Assembly: GCA_937625935.1 (NCBI GenBank)
Contig: OW569380.1
Coordinates: 248,001-312,000 of the forward strand
DNA from: Tetramitus jugosus
Lineage: Eukaryota > Protista > Heterolobosea
Reading direction: 5' to 3'
DNA length: 64,000 nt
Shown here: one piece after another, positions 9,465 to 19,694 of the stretch
Layout of the letters: each line of letters begins with the position of its first letter
How positions within the stretch are numbered: position 1 is the stretch's first letter
Notes under the pieces: model-generated
Databases searched by the model: none
Seen by the model: the letters and a program-made list of their open reading frames with translations, nothing else
What the model was told of the DNA's origin: nothing
Position numbers and translations under genes: made by a program

Positions 9465-10538
9465 ATGCAAATCTTGTCTACCATGATGTCCAAGCCAACA
9501 GGCAACATTCACTTTGTTGGTCGGCGGTTCAACGTAGATTACATTTATTTTGACCTCCTGTTTCTATTCATTTGGGTCAGTGCCCTCATTGTTCTGGCTA
9601 TGCGCAAAACGAAGCTTCCACTTATTTTTGGCGCCGTCGGACTAATTGTATATTATTTGATTGACTGGGGAATTTGGCATTGCTTGACTGGAATCAGAAA
9701 AGTGAGTGGACCCATTCATCCAGCTCTTCTCATGCTCTGGGTTTCTGCCACACCAGGTATCGTACATCCTTCTTGGGTCATGCTCATGATTGAAGGTGTT
9801 TATCGTCACACACTGAGACGAAGGGACCTTTTTTTCTGGACAAGTCTTTTTTTTAGCGTTCAATTTATTCCGGCTATGCTACAGACGAATTTCCACGTCG
9901 ATGATCAGTTGATTACAATTTCGCGTGATATGGGTCGTGCGAGTCACGGCGTCATGATTTTTCTGTTTTGTCTCGGTTATGGCATTCTCATGTTTTGTCA
10001 AATCTCTGTGACGGATATGTTGAAGCTTTTTACTATTGGTATCACAGTGGAGGGATTCTTTGAGTATTCATTGTGGTTCAGTGGTATACGGAGCACAGCT
10101 TTCCGTGCTGTCGTGTTTGACACTGTGTTTGAATTCAATTGTGGCATTGGTTTATTGTTCTTTGCTTGGTCGTTGATGATACCAAAGGAACAGCGTGTCA
10201 TTTCACTTCCACAATTGAATTTACCTCCTGTTGTGTCTGCCATTCTGATCCGGAGAGGATGGATCCGTCCTTCCTCTGCCTCTGCATCGTTGTCTACTAC
10301 GATTGATATCAATGATTCTTCTGCTTCGATTGACAAGGAATTGTCACGGTCCACTGAGAATCATCATCACATATCCATGGCTGATATTGCAATGGATTTG
10401 TCATCTGTTGTTGTCAATGTTGTTGTTCCTAGTGATGAAATGGATGATTCATCCTCTGGTGTTACCATGAACAGATCACCTGATTCATCACTGTACTATT
10501 CAACGAAGAATACAATCGATGTGACGATACAATCCTAA
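9465..10538 (+). CDS. multi-pass membrane protein of unknown function
   Basis: ~7 hydrophobic segments then a Ser/Asp-rich tail; first ATG at 9465. Confidence 0.8.
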   Translation: MQILSTMMSKPTGNIHFVGRRFNVDYIYFDLLFLFIWVSALIVLAMRKTKLPLIFGAVGLIVYYLIDWGIWHCLTGIRKVSGPIHPALLMLWVSATPGIVHPSWVMLMIEGVYRHTLRRRDLFFWTSLFFSVQFIPAMLQTNFHVDDQLITISRDMGRASHGVMIFLFCLGYGILMFCQISVTDMLKLFTIGITVEGFFEYSLWFSGIRSTAFRAVVFDTVFEFNCGIGLLFFAWSLMIPKEQRVISLPQLNLPPVVSAILIRRGWIRPSSASASLSTTIDINDSSASIDKELSRSTENHHHISMADIAMDLSSVVVNVVVPSDEMDDSSSGVTMNRSPDSSLYYSTKNTIDVTIQS

Positions 10539-10709
10539 TCATAACAATAAATTCTAATATTGGAAATGTTGTTCACCACCTGGTGGTGATGTCTCTTTCT
10601 TTATTCTCACTTAGTATAGATTCTCTAGATCTCTCCTATTTCACTTCTTGGTAAGGACTGGTTGTGTAATTGAATCTGAATATTTACAAAAAGTTCTAGT
10701 CTGTTGTGC

Positions 10710-11156
10710 TTAGTGCTTCGATGTTCCAGGTCTTGACCGAGAAGAAGAACGATTCAGTCCCAAAGTTAGAACTGTAATTGAACACGCTAACACCACTGCG
10801 ACAGTAACCAGAGAAAATAGTAGACACGAAGCCAAAGCTAACTTCCGATTTCGAAGAGAATTCGACCTTCTCCCCACGATAAATGCCAGAAGCCACGCTA
10901 CAGGGAAGAAGAACCCAACAACGAACAACATTAGTGTTGAATTGTTGCCGAGTGGGTCCTGCTTCGTTTCGTGAGTTGGAAGAGTTCCAATCTGTTGAGC
11001 GTACATGACTGAAGCATCCATATCAAGAGGAACTTCAACAAAGGAAGGATTGATCAATAACTCGTTACTTCTGGTCTTGGCATGATTTGGTTTCGTTTTG
11101 GGTGAGAAGCCGGCTGATATAGGTTCGTCATATGTGTTTCCTTCTTCTTGCATCAT
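10710..11156 (-). CDS. small 2-TM membrane protein
   Basis: 148 aa; LFVVGFFFPVAWLL and a second hydrophobic helix near the C-terminus. Confidence 0.7.
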   Translation of the reverse strand: MMQEEGNTYDEPISAGFSPKTKPNHAKTRSNELLINPSFVEVPLDMDASVMYAQQIGTLPTHETKQDPLGNNSTLMLFVVGFFFPVAWLLAFIVGRRSNSLRNRKLALASCLLFSLVTVAVVLACSITVLTLGLNRSSSRSRPGTSKH

Positions 11157-11485
11157 GTATTGTTAGGTTGAATGTTGTTATGTTGTTAGTGCTACTAAAG
11201 ATTTCTCTGTGGAGTGCAATCCTCTCAGCTTATCTTTTACTTCTATTCATTGTCGCTCCAGAAACTAAATGAACTACATGGCTAACGAAGAGGTACACCA
11301 ATTTTTTTGGGAGTCCTCCAGTGTTGGTAACGTTTGTATCCACTCAACAGAGGGACGCGGCTAAAAAATGACACCCAGATTTCCATGCATGGAGACATCT
11401 TCGCGAAGTCCCAAAAAAACGCTGGTAAACTAGACCACCAATTCTTCTCCGCAGACATTGGATGTGCATTTAACTACTGGACCAA

Positions 11486-12040
11486 TTGTCACCAGCATTA
11501 AACTTCCTTGGTCCTTTGGATGAATCATTGACGGAAGAAGAGCCACAAGAGTCATACGAGTGTTTAATGGATATGTATGGATGTGTAAGTCGATTAACAG
11601 AGTCTCTTGTCGGTGAACGTCCCATTGTTGACTGCCCTTTTCAGCGTTATTGCTCGGTTGTTCTCGATGGTAATGGATATCTCATAACCTACGCCTCCTT
11701 TCGGAACGACGGTTCTCTAGAAGCTAAAATGAGAGAGGCAATGATTGAAGGGCTCGAAAACGATGTTCAATCTATTGCTTCAGGTTACTCATTTATAGCG
11801 ATTACACGCCAAAACGACATATATTGGATGAATTCTCACATCTCCAGTATTGCATAGGAGGATAGGCTTCCTCGAATGTGGAGTACTCAATCCATGGGGG
11901 GTAAAGAAGTTCGTGCAAGCTGTTCAGACGTTGAGTCAGTGTTTTTTAACTGGACGCTTCCCAAGGTTGAATAGGTACAGTGTCGTAGGAGTATTTTCTT
12001 CCTGACCCATCGGTACTTTTCTTCCTTCGCTCACTGTTTA
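11486..12040 (+). pseudogene. decayed RCC1-repeat-like gene
   Basis: VQSIASGYSFIAITRQNDIYW and, past in-frame TAGs at 11855 and 11972, KVE*VQCRRSIFFLT; no proper start. Confidence 0.45.
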
Positions 12041-12325
12041 CAGTGCCAAAAAGGAACGAGACACCCCTTTTAAAGAACTCCTCTGTTTACAGTATCCGTT
12101 GGCGGTCGGTCTCGTTCAAAACTAACCAGTCTAGACCTAAAGTAATTTCGATTGAGGAGCCCACAAGAACTACGGTGAATACTCCAACTAAACTTTTCTC
12201 GTTTTGGCCAAGAAATGTCCTCGTTGTTTCTTGACTCCAAGTTCTCGATATTTACTCTGGTACTTTATGCTCTGGTCAACGTTTCTATCATCTCACTAGA
12301 GGAGAAAACAAGAAACCTAATCAAC

Positions 12326-13363
12326 ATGGAAAATATAAGAAGAGTTTCTATCAGTACTTCGAAACACAATGGCAGTCTGGTACTATCTCCTAGCAAGTCT
12401 CTTTCTCCAACCAATGCTACGTACTACAAGAATGAATCGCGGAATTTCCTCACCGTACTGAAACCAATTGCTCAGACTAGTCCTAAAGTAGGGACAAAAA
12501 TCAATACCCGTTGCTCCACTCAAGTTGGAGCAAGTTTGGATCTTTCAAAACAAACAAGAAGAATCATTGTTGATACTAGAGAACATAACAACAACAGTAT
12601 TATTGAAGGTAAAGCAAGTCATCGGTCCTTTAGGCGGAATTCAGAAGTTCAAATAAGATCTAAATCAGTTCAATCTGCTGTTGATGTACCTGAGGACAAA
12701 GAAGATGATATCGACGATATTACGGAGAGTACGTTCAGTTTGTTTGATAAAGATGGAGATGGTCTATTGTCTGTGGAAGAACTGTTCATCATTCTCCATA
12801 ATCTAGGGAACTCGGTGACTGTTAGTGAACTTCGTGAATTGATTCGAGATATTGGTTCGGGAGAAAACGGAATATCGTTACAAGACTTTAAACTACTGCT
12901 AAGTTCCCCTTTTCAAGATCTCTTGCCAAGGTATGAAACAAAAACTGAGATACCGAAACGTACCAGAAGCTCAAAGAGAAATCGTGGGGATAGGAAAAAG
13001 ATGAAAGATCAAGGAGATCAGCCTTATTTGAAACAATCGAATTCGGAGAAGAAAGGATGGATTTCAAAGTTGTGGAGTCAAATTAGGCATAAGAACAGCT
13101 CGCCTGATCCCAAACGGAACCAGAGACGAAGAAGTCAATGGGAGAACAGGTACAATCAAGGAGAATTGCTAGAGGTATTTAATGTGTTCGATGCAGATGG
13201 TGATGGCTTGGTGAGTTCAGTCGAAATTCGCAGCGTTATTGACAAACTTGGCATACACATTGCGTTCTCACAATCTGAGATCGATGATTTGATAGACAGT
13301 GTCGACAAGGACTTTGACAACTGCATAACATACGAGGAATTTTGTAGTCTCCTTGTGTGGTAA
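12326..13363 (+). CDS. calmodulin-like EF-hand protein with long N-terminus and linker
   Basis: FDKDGDGLLSVEEL, FDADGDGLVSSVEI, DKDFDNCITYEEF; start could be 12215. Confidence 0.88.
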   Translation: MENIRRVSISTSKHNGSLVLSPSKSLSPTNATYYKNESRNFLTVLKPIAQTSPKVGTKINTRCSTQVGASLDLSKQTRRIIVDTREHNNNSIIEGKASHRSFRRNSEVQIRSKSVQSAVDVPEDKEDDIDDITESTFSLFDKDGDGLLSVEELFIILHNLGNSVTVSELRELIRDIGSGENGISLQDFKLLLSSPFQDLLPRYETKTEIPKRTRSSKRNRGDRKKMKDQGDQPYLKQSNSEKKGWISKLWSQIRHKNSSPDPKRNQRRRSQWENRYNQGELLEVFNVFDADGDGLVSSVEIRSVIDKLGIHIAFSQSEIDDLIDSVDKDFDNCITYEEFCSLLVW

Positions 13364-13554
13364 CTTCAACCTTTATTTATTGTAAACATCTTTTTTTGAA
13401 GAATCTCTCTTCCTTTTGTTCGCATCATAAATAGATGGTGTTTGTTTGAGATCTTGTGATAAGAACAGGTCATAAACAAGGCAAGTTCACAAAAATCAGT
13501 ATCAACAGTGAAAGAGTCAATCATTTATTGAAACAATAGAATACACAATCATCG

Positions 13555-14166
13555 ATGGCAATGAAGAACACTATTATTGGAGTTATCGTCATGAGTAATG
13601 GAGAAGATGAACCATTTGTAGAATATTATCCAAATGGTGCTCGTGCTTGCTTTGCTTCCGCCAGGGGCATCATGCTCGAAATCTTTACAAAGTTGTCACA
13701 GAGTCCATCGTTGTGGGGAGTGGAACACACGAGAACTCTTGTGAGTGAAAAGTACTTTTACAAATTCTTTTACAGACACTTCCCTCAATCAACCATTCTC
13801 GTGGTTGCCGAACCTGAAGTACGACTCAGAATAGTGACCACCTTATTGAACGAAGTTCAGAACGAGATTCTGCACATGCAACACCCATCTTATCGAGCAC
13901 TGAACAACGCAGTCAAGGACAGTGTAGAAAAAGCGAATCGAATGGGAAGCAACGACAAGATTACAATGATCCAGCAGCAAGTTGATGACATGAGAGATGC
14001 CATGGTTGAAAACTTGGAACAAGTCATTGGTCGAAGTGTTCAGATCGAAGTGGTAGAATCAAGGACTGATGATCTGGCTCAGACTGGAAAGTTGTTCAGG
14101 AGAGACACGAGAAAAGTCAGATGCCTAACAGTGTGTCGTGGAATACTCTGTTGTGGCTTCTGCTAA
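13555..14166 (+). CDS. longin R-SNARE (VAMP7-like) lacking a TM helix, Cys-rich C-terminus
   Basis: Longin-sized N-terminus; KITMIQQQVDDMRDAMVENLEQVIGR synaptobrevin motif; ends CLTVCRGILCCGFC. Confidence 0.8.
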   Translation: MAMKNTIIGVIVMSNGEDEPFVEYYPNGARACFASARGIMLEIFTKLSQSPSLWGVEHTRTLVSEKYFYKFFYRHFPQSTILVVAEPEVRLRIVTTLLNEVQNEILHMQHPSYRALNNAVKDSVEKANRMGSNDKITMIQQQVDDMRDAMVENLEQVIGRSVQIEVVESRTDDLAQTGKLFRRDTRKVRCLTVCRGILCCGFC

Positions 14167-14236
14167 TATCCTTCATCATCATCACATAAACAATCATCAT
14201 TATTGTATCTCAAATACTATTTATTATCAAATTTGG

Positions 14237-14686
14237 GTGAGGGTAGTGAGTGACATTGATAGTCACCTCACTCCTCACAAAGGAAGAAACGACGCTTGAC
14301 CGACCACCATATATGGATGGAAATACAAATGATGATGCCTTCAATCAATCACCTCTCGTTAAATGTGCACGCACGGCAGCATTTGTTGTTGTTGTTCTTC
14401 TTCTTGAACCAACACACACACTTCAGTACTGACCACACGCTACACATCGAGAGGCAATCCCGGACACTTGACAATTCACAACAACATAGTTGAATTGACA
14501 ATGCCCTCTACAATGCTTGTTTGGCATTCTCTCTCTTGTAGACACACACACATACGCGAAAAATGGCTGGAGCACGCGAATCTGTCCCTTGAGTAAGTTT
14601 GTACTCCAGTTAAAAATTTGCAACAGTATATATATAAAGACCGGTCCTCCTATCGCTTCTTTCACACATGCACGCTTTCATGCATG
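14237..14686 (-). other. chain of five stem-loops in the DED1 3' region
   Basis: Inverted repeats at 14237-14278, 14462-14506, 14507-14542, 14567-14609 and 14667-14686. Confidence 0.55.
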
Positions 14687-14702
14687 GTTCATTCTTGTGT
14701 GT

Positions 14703-16712
14703 TTAATAGCCGTTGGAACGTCCACCGTAGCCACCAGAGCTTCCGAAGCCTCTGTTGCCACCACCACCACCACCACCACCAAAAGAGCTTCTACCGCCGC
14801 CATAGCCACCACTGCTATAGCCACCATAACCGCCGCCTCTGCCGCCAGTTGGTCTTCTCTTGTCAAACTTGGAGAGACGAGCTTCTTCGTGTGCTCTCAA
14901 CAAACCGGTTGGAACGGTTTGGTTGGCATCCTTCAAAAGCTTCATCAAATCAGAAGCGATACCCTTGTTCTTGTCAGTGAAGAAAGCAGTGGCAACACCC
15001 TTGTTACCAGCTCTTCCAGTTCTACCAATTCTGTGAACATAGTCATCAATGTTCTCTGGCAAATCAAAGTTGATAACGTGTTGAACGTTTGGAATGTCCA
15101 ATCCTCTGCTGGCCACATCAGTAGCAACCAAAACAGGGGTGGCTCCCTTCTTGAACTGCTTGAGAGCATACTCTCTTTCTCTTTGAGAGCGATCACCGTG
15201 AATAGAGCCTGTACGATAACCGTTTTGAATCAAAAATTCTTCAAGCATGTCAGCATTTTGCTTTGTGGCAGTAAAGATCAATGTAAGACCTTCTTGGGTG
15301 CCTCTGGTCAAGTGTTGCAACAAGAGTTCACGCTTGTTAAACTCTTCACAAAACTCAAATTGTTGAGTAATGTCGTCAGTGGTGGCACCGACACGGCCCA
15401 CAGTCAAGAAAATGTAATCGTGCAAAAAGTCTCTTGCCATGCCTTGAATTTGCTTTGGGAAAGTGGCACTAAACATGAGTGTGCTTCTCTGTCCTGGCTC
15501 AGGCATTCCAGTCTTTTCGACAATGTAACGAATCTGTTGTTCGAAACCCATGTCAAGCATACGATCTGCTTCGTCCAATGTCAAGAATTGGATACCAGAG
15601 AGAGAGACGTGTCCTCTGTCAATCAAATCAACCAATCTTCCAGGTGTGGCCACAAGGATCTCACATCCATAATTGAGTTGTCTAATTTGACTTCTAATGT
15701 CAGCGCCTCCGTACACGCAAACTGATCTCAAACCAGTCTTGTACAAAAACTTTCTAGATTCGTCATAAATCTGAGTGCACAATTCTCTTGTAGGTGCCAA
15801 AACGAGTGCACTTGGAACGCACTTTGGAGTCATACCGACCATGTCTTGAGAAGTTGGCTTGGAGATTCCATTGTTCAACAGAGTCATAATCATGGGGAAC
15901 AAGAATCCACCAGTCTTACCAGAACCAGTCTGAGCACAAGCCATCAAGTCTCGTCCAGCAGAAACAATAGGAATACTGTATTTTTGGACAGGAGTTGGCT
16001 TTGTAAACTTGGCTCTCTCCAAATTATCAACCAATAATTTGGGAAGCTTTGCTCCTTCAAAGGAATCAATAGGTTGTGGACAGTTGGCTCCACGAGTCTC
16101 CACAGGAATATTGTCATAATTGTCAAAGTTGATTCCAGTGTTACCACTATTCTTGAACAAGAGCTCTTCATTCTCTTCGTGACGAGTGTAGGCGTCTCTT
16201 CCACCACCACTTCCACCAAAGAAACCACCTTGTTGACCACCACGTGAAGATGGACCTCTTTGGTATCTGTCTCTTGGTTGATAATCATCCTGTTGTTGAT
16301 CATCACCACCAAAGCTTCCCCAGTCTCCTCTAGTTCTAGAGTTGCCTTGTGTGAATCGAGAAGCACTTCTTGGTTGTTGATCTCTATCACCACCACTTCC
16401 ACCAAAAGAGGAGGAAGATGATTGAGAGCCTTCCATGATTTGCTTTCTCATGAATGGAGGAACGTACTTGCGTGGTCCTCCTGTTGTTGTATCGTTTGAT
16501 GCCATATTTTTGTTGTTATGGTTGTTGTTGTTGTTGTTGTTGTTGTTGGTTTTTTTGTTGGGTTGATTTTTGTTGTTGCGAATTTGTGAAAAGAATTCTG
16601 CTTCAGGGTTCTTTTGGGAATAGAACCTAGGTAAAGACAGAGTTTTAAGCAGTTGCGATTGTCGGGATGAGTAGACAAAAGTGGACCGTGGTGCACGAAA
16701 TAGAGATAGCAT
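14703..16712 (-). CDS. DED1: DEAD-box RNA helicase DED1/DDX3
   Basis: [53 protein letters not shown], Gly/Arg-rich tail; starts at 16712 or 16505. Confidence 0.95.
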   Translation of the reverse strand: MLSLFRAPRSTFVYSSRQSQLLKTLSLPRFYSQKNPEAEFFSQIRNNKNQPNKKTNNNNNNNNNHNNKNMASNDTTTGGPRKYVPPFMRKQIMEGSQSSSSSFGGSGGDRDQQPRSASRFTQGNSRTRGDWGSFGGDDQQQDDYQPRDRYQRGPSSRGGQQGGFFGGSGGGRDAYTRHEENEELLFKNSGNTGINFDNYDNIPVETRGANCPQPIDSFEGAKLPKLLVDNLERAKFTKPTPVQKYSIPIVSAGRDLMACAQTGSGKTGGFLFPMIMTLLNNGISKPTSQDMVGMTPKCVPSALVLAPTRELCTQIYDESRKFLYKTGLRSVCVYGGADIRSQIRQLNYGCEILVATPGRLVDLIDRGHVSLSGIQFLTLDEADRMLDMGFEQQIRYIVEKTGMPEPGQRSTLMFSATFPKQIQGMARDFLHDYIFLTVGRVGATTDDITQQFEFCEEFNKRELLLQHLTRGTQEGLTLIFTATKQNADMLEEFLIQNGYRTGSIHGDRSQREREYALKQFKKGATPVLVATDVASRGLDIPNVQHVINFDLPENIDDYVHRIGRTGRAGNKGVATAFFTDKNKGIASDLMKLLKDANQTVPTGLLRAHEEARLSKFDKRRPTGGRGGGYGGYSSGGYGGGRSSFGGGGGGGGNRGFGSSGGYGGRSNGY

Positions 16713-17203
16713 TTGGAAATTGTTTGGTTCGAATAATGTGATGATGAGAGAAAGCAAACAGCTTTTTTTTTGTAAGTTGTGTGAAGTTGCTGTTGTGTGT
16801 GTTCTAGTCAGAAATTGAATCGACGTCTGCTTTTTGTAAAGTAAGGTTGCACAAAAGTTTGTTTGTGTGGTGTAGAGTCGTCGAGGAGGAATGAAGCAAC
16901 AATGCAAGGTTCAGAGTCACCTGGTGATTGAATCCAATGTGGGGGAGTATGTGTTTTGCTTTGCCGAAAGTTGAATGTGGTGTGAATATTCCCCGTTGCC
17001 TGCGTCATTTCACACGAAGAAGCCAAGTCGCAGGCGCATTCACGCAAACCAGGATAAACCTTGCCCACACGCAACACAAGCTCAGGCATGCCCATTTTTT
17101 CACACAAAAAAGATCTTCAACAAATATTTGCATGGGATCTTTTGTTCACTTTACAATTTCGAATAATCGGTCAATCTTCCGGAAGCAAAATCCGATCGCA
17201 TAT

Positions 17204-18103
17204 TCAGTCCTTAGTTGCCTGCTTATTGTATTGAGTGATGGGTGTTGAGAAGTCAGTGTTCTTCGCAAAAGGATTTCTACTTGTTACAGCACTGTGGTAG
17301 ATTTGAGTTTTGAGAGTGTCATCTCTGTTCCGCACTGCGTCTGAATAGATTGTGATTGGTGCATCCCTCAGATAAGATGTTTGATCGCTGGCATAGCTCA
17401 CACCAGAGAGGCCCTTTTCCAATATTGTTTCTTCCAAGTAGATTGGTTGTTGTTCATTCTTGCAATGATCAGATTTGTATGTAGAGCTAAAATTTTGCTT
17501 CAGGGCATTCTTATAATCTTCTTCCTCTCGGTCCAGTTCTCTGCTCTTTTCTTCTAATACTTGCATGTGCAATTGCCTTTCAATCATTTGTTGTCTCAGT
17601 TCAACACTTTTAATGTTCTGTGTATGATTCTTAAACATTTGTTGATTCGTTGTTACAAGCAAATGCTGATTGGGAGCTACATCGCCGTGAGCCATGACAT
17701 AGGTCTGCTCATTCTTCTGAGATGGATGCTTGACTGGAGCATCAATCAACAACCCAGTGGTTTGTCCGCCAATGTCCTTGGCAAACACAGCCGAGTTCAT
17801 TGTCCTAAACTTTTTGTCTCTCTCATCACCAGGTCCGTGGACGGCAGTAGTGTTCAGTTTCCCTTCTTGGAACAGTCTTTCCTTTTCTTCGTTCAAGATA
17901 CGTTCTTCAACCCAATTACCACTCAAAACTCCATGATTTTTCTGAGTTCTGTTGAAAGCAGGTTCTTCCACCCAATCACCATTGATTTGACTACTGTCGA
18001 GCTTATTGTACACTCTTTGTCTGGTGTCAATCTTGTTTTGGGTTCTGTATCCTTCGTATGGCTCTTTTGTCGTTGAAAATGTCTTTCTCAATGTACCTTC
18101 CAT
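17204..18103 (-). CDS. axonemal microtubule inner protein, SPAG8/FAP143-like
   Basis: GNWVEER motif, STYKSDH, PITIYS and C-terminal PFAKNTDFSTPI. Confidence 0.65.
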   Translation of the reverse strand: MEGTLRKTFSTTKEPYEGYRTQNKIDTRQRVYNKLDSSQINGDWVEEPAFNRTQKNHGVLSGNWVEERILNEEKERLFQEGKLNTTAVHGPGDERDKKFRTMNSAVFAKDIGGQTTGLLIDAPVKHPSQKNEQTYVMAHGDVAPNQHLLVTTNQQMFKNHTQNIKSVELRQQMIERQLHMQVLEEKSRELDREEEDYKNALKQNFSSTYKSDHCKNEQQPIYLEETILEKGLSGVSYASDQTSYLRDAPITIYSDAVRNRDDTLKTQIYHSAVTSRNPFAKNTDFSTPITQYNKQATKD

Positions 18104-18200
18104 TTGATGGTTCCTCAGCTCTGTGCTCTCTCTGGTCCTCTGGTCGCTGGAGTAGATCAGTTTTCAGTAAACTGTTGGCGCGAAAAATTCCGTTCTTGTC

Positions 18201-19334
18201 TTATAGTTTGTTTCGTAGCTCGATAAACTTTGTGGTGGAGTTGATCCTCTTGGTTTGACATTCAGCAATAGTCTGATCGATCTGGAGCGTCATTTGATGC
18301 CAAATTTGTTTCACATTGTCTGTTGTGGCTCGAGACAGATGATTCGGTCTGTAAAACAGTTGATACTTCTTGTCCTCTTGCGTCAGCTTCATGAACAAGA
18401 TGTAGGATAGTAGAAGAGCTAGAACAGGTCTCTGGCATCTGAACAGATTCATACGCTCTTTGTCCACTATTGTGCATAGAACTTGTTCTAAACTCTGAAG
18501 CATGATTCGATGAATTTTACACTTGGCAGTACCGTCCAAGAACATGAATCCATCGATCGAGTGGTCCGATAACTCATCATAATGATGAGAGTGACATTGT
18601 TTCAAGTATGCTGTTACAGGATCACTCAAGAACTCAAGAAGGAGATAATTGGAGTCTTCTTTGCCACGGGTGATACAACCAAGAACAATAACATCATCTG
18701 TCGGCTTCTCAATCAACGCTTCTATCGACTGATGATAACTCGAAAGTTCTGGAAGAGACAACTGATCTGACACATGTAAATCAAACACAAGTACCTTTTC
18801 ACAGTTGTTTAAGCTACTAACAGTATCCAACATTTGCTTCATATTTGACAATTGCATGTCCATACTTGAATTGGCTCTCCATTGGTCATCTTTGGAGGAA
18901 TGAGAGCCAATTTTCTGTGCTATAAACTTACTGACTCCAATTAATTTTCGACTCAACATCTGTTCCAAATACCAATTGTGCGCAGGTGCATTCGACAACC
19001 GACTCGTTCTCACCTCTTCATCCATCGTTGTCATCATTTGATCACAACAGTGAACCAATATGAATGCACTCAAATCTTGTTTCTGACGTTGTTTAGGAAT
19101 TTCATTAGAGACTCCATGTTGCGACCAAATTCGATTCCAATTCATTTCTTTCTCTTGTAATGTACTATCCTTAAAGTTTGCATGTTGCAGGAATGAATAG
19201 TGCATGTTTGGACAATAGCTCGTCAGGTATTGGATCAACTTGGTTAGAGGCAACAAGGCATATCGTTTTTCATTCTTGTAAGGTACATTCGAGGATGACG
19301 AATCCAGTATTAGCATCGATATAGTCTGTTGCAT
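18201..19334 (-). CDS. hypothetical protein
   Basis: 377-aa ATG-initiated ORF; no motif recognised. Confidence 0.7.
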   Translation of the reverse strand: MQQTISMLILDSSSSNVPYKNEKRYALLPLTKLIQYLTSYCPNMHYSFLQHANFKDSTLQEKEMNWNRIWSQHGVSNEIPKQRQKQDLSAFILVHCCDQMMTTMDEEVRTSRLSNAPAHNWYLEQMLSRKLIGVSKFIAQKIGSHSSKDDQWRANSSMDMQLSNMKQMLDTVSSLNNCEKVLVFDLHVSDQLSLPELSSYHQSIEALIEKPTDDVIVLGCITRGKEDSNYLLLEFLSDPVTAYLKQCHSHHYDELSDHSIDGFMFLDGTAKCKIHRIMLQSLEQVLCTIVDKERMNLFRCQRPVLALLLSYILFMKLTQEDKKYQLFYRPNHLSRATTDNVKQIWHQMTLQIDQTIAECQTKRINSTTKFIELRNKL

Positions 19335-19694
19335 GAAACAGTATGGTTGTTGGTTTTTTGTGACTGATTTCTCCGTGATCCATCGGAATTTTGTTGGAAC
19401 TTTACTTCATGTTGTTGAGCTGATCTCCTTGGTTATACTTTTGGTCGGTGATTTTGGCCATGAGGAGTGGCTCCTGGTAATTTTTGCATTCTAATCGTAC
19501 TTCCCATTCTGTGGTTAAAAGTTACTTTCTCAAAAATCTTTACAGAAAGTAGGTTAACCGTAAAAACATAATTGTAAAACAGGATTGATCCGACACCCAA
19601 AAAGGGAAGCCCAGGAATACACTCTTGTTTGTCAGAATACAAACTTTTTTAGAGGGCAAACCTCAGCAAACAACAACAATCGAGTAAAAACAAA

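Noticed and set aside
14517-15725. 402-aa + strand ORF
   Set aside because: Antisense shadow of the codon-biased DED1 CDS; non-ATG start and no motifs
16521-16548. (AAC)n microsatellites here, at ~24573-24630 and in UTRs
   Set aside because: Common poly-Asn/Gln/Thr slippage with no higher-order structure
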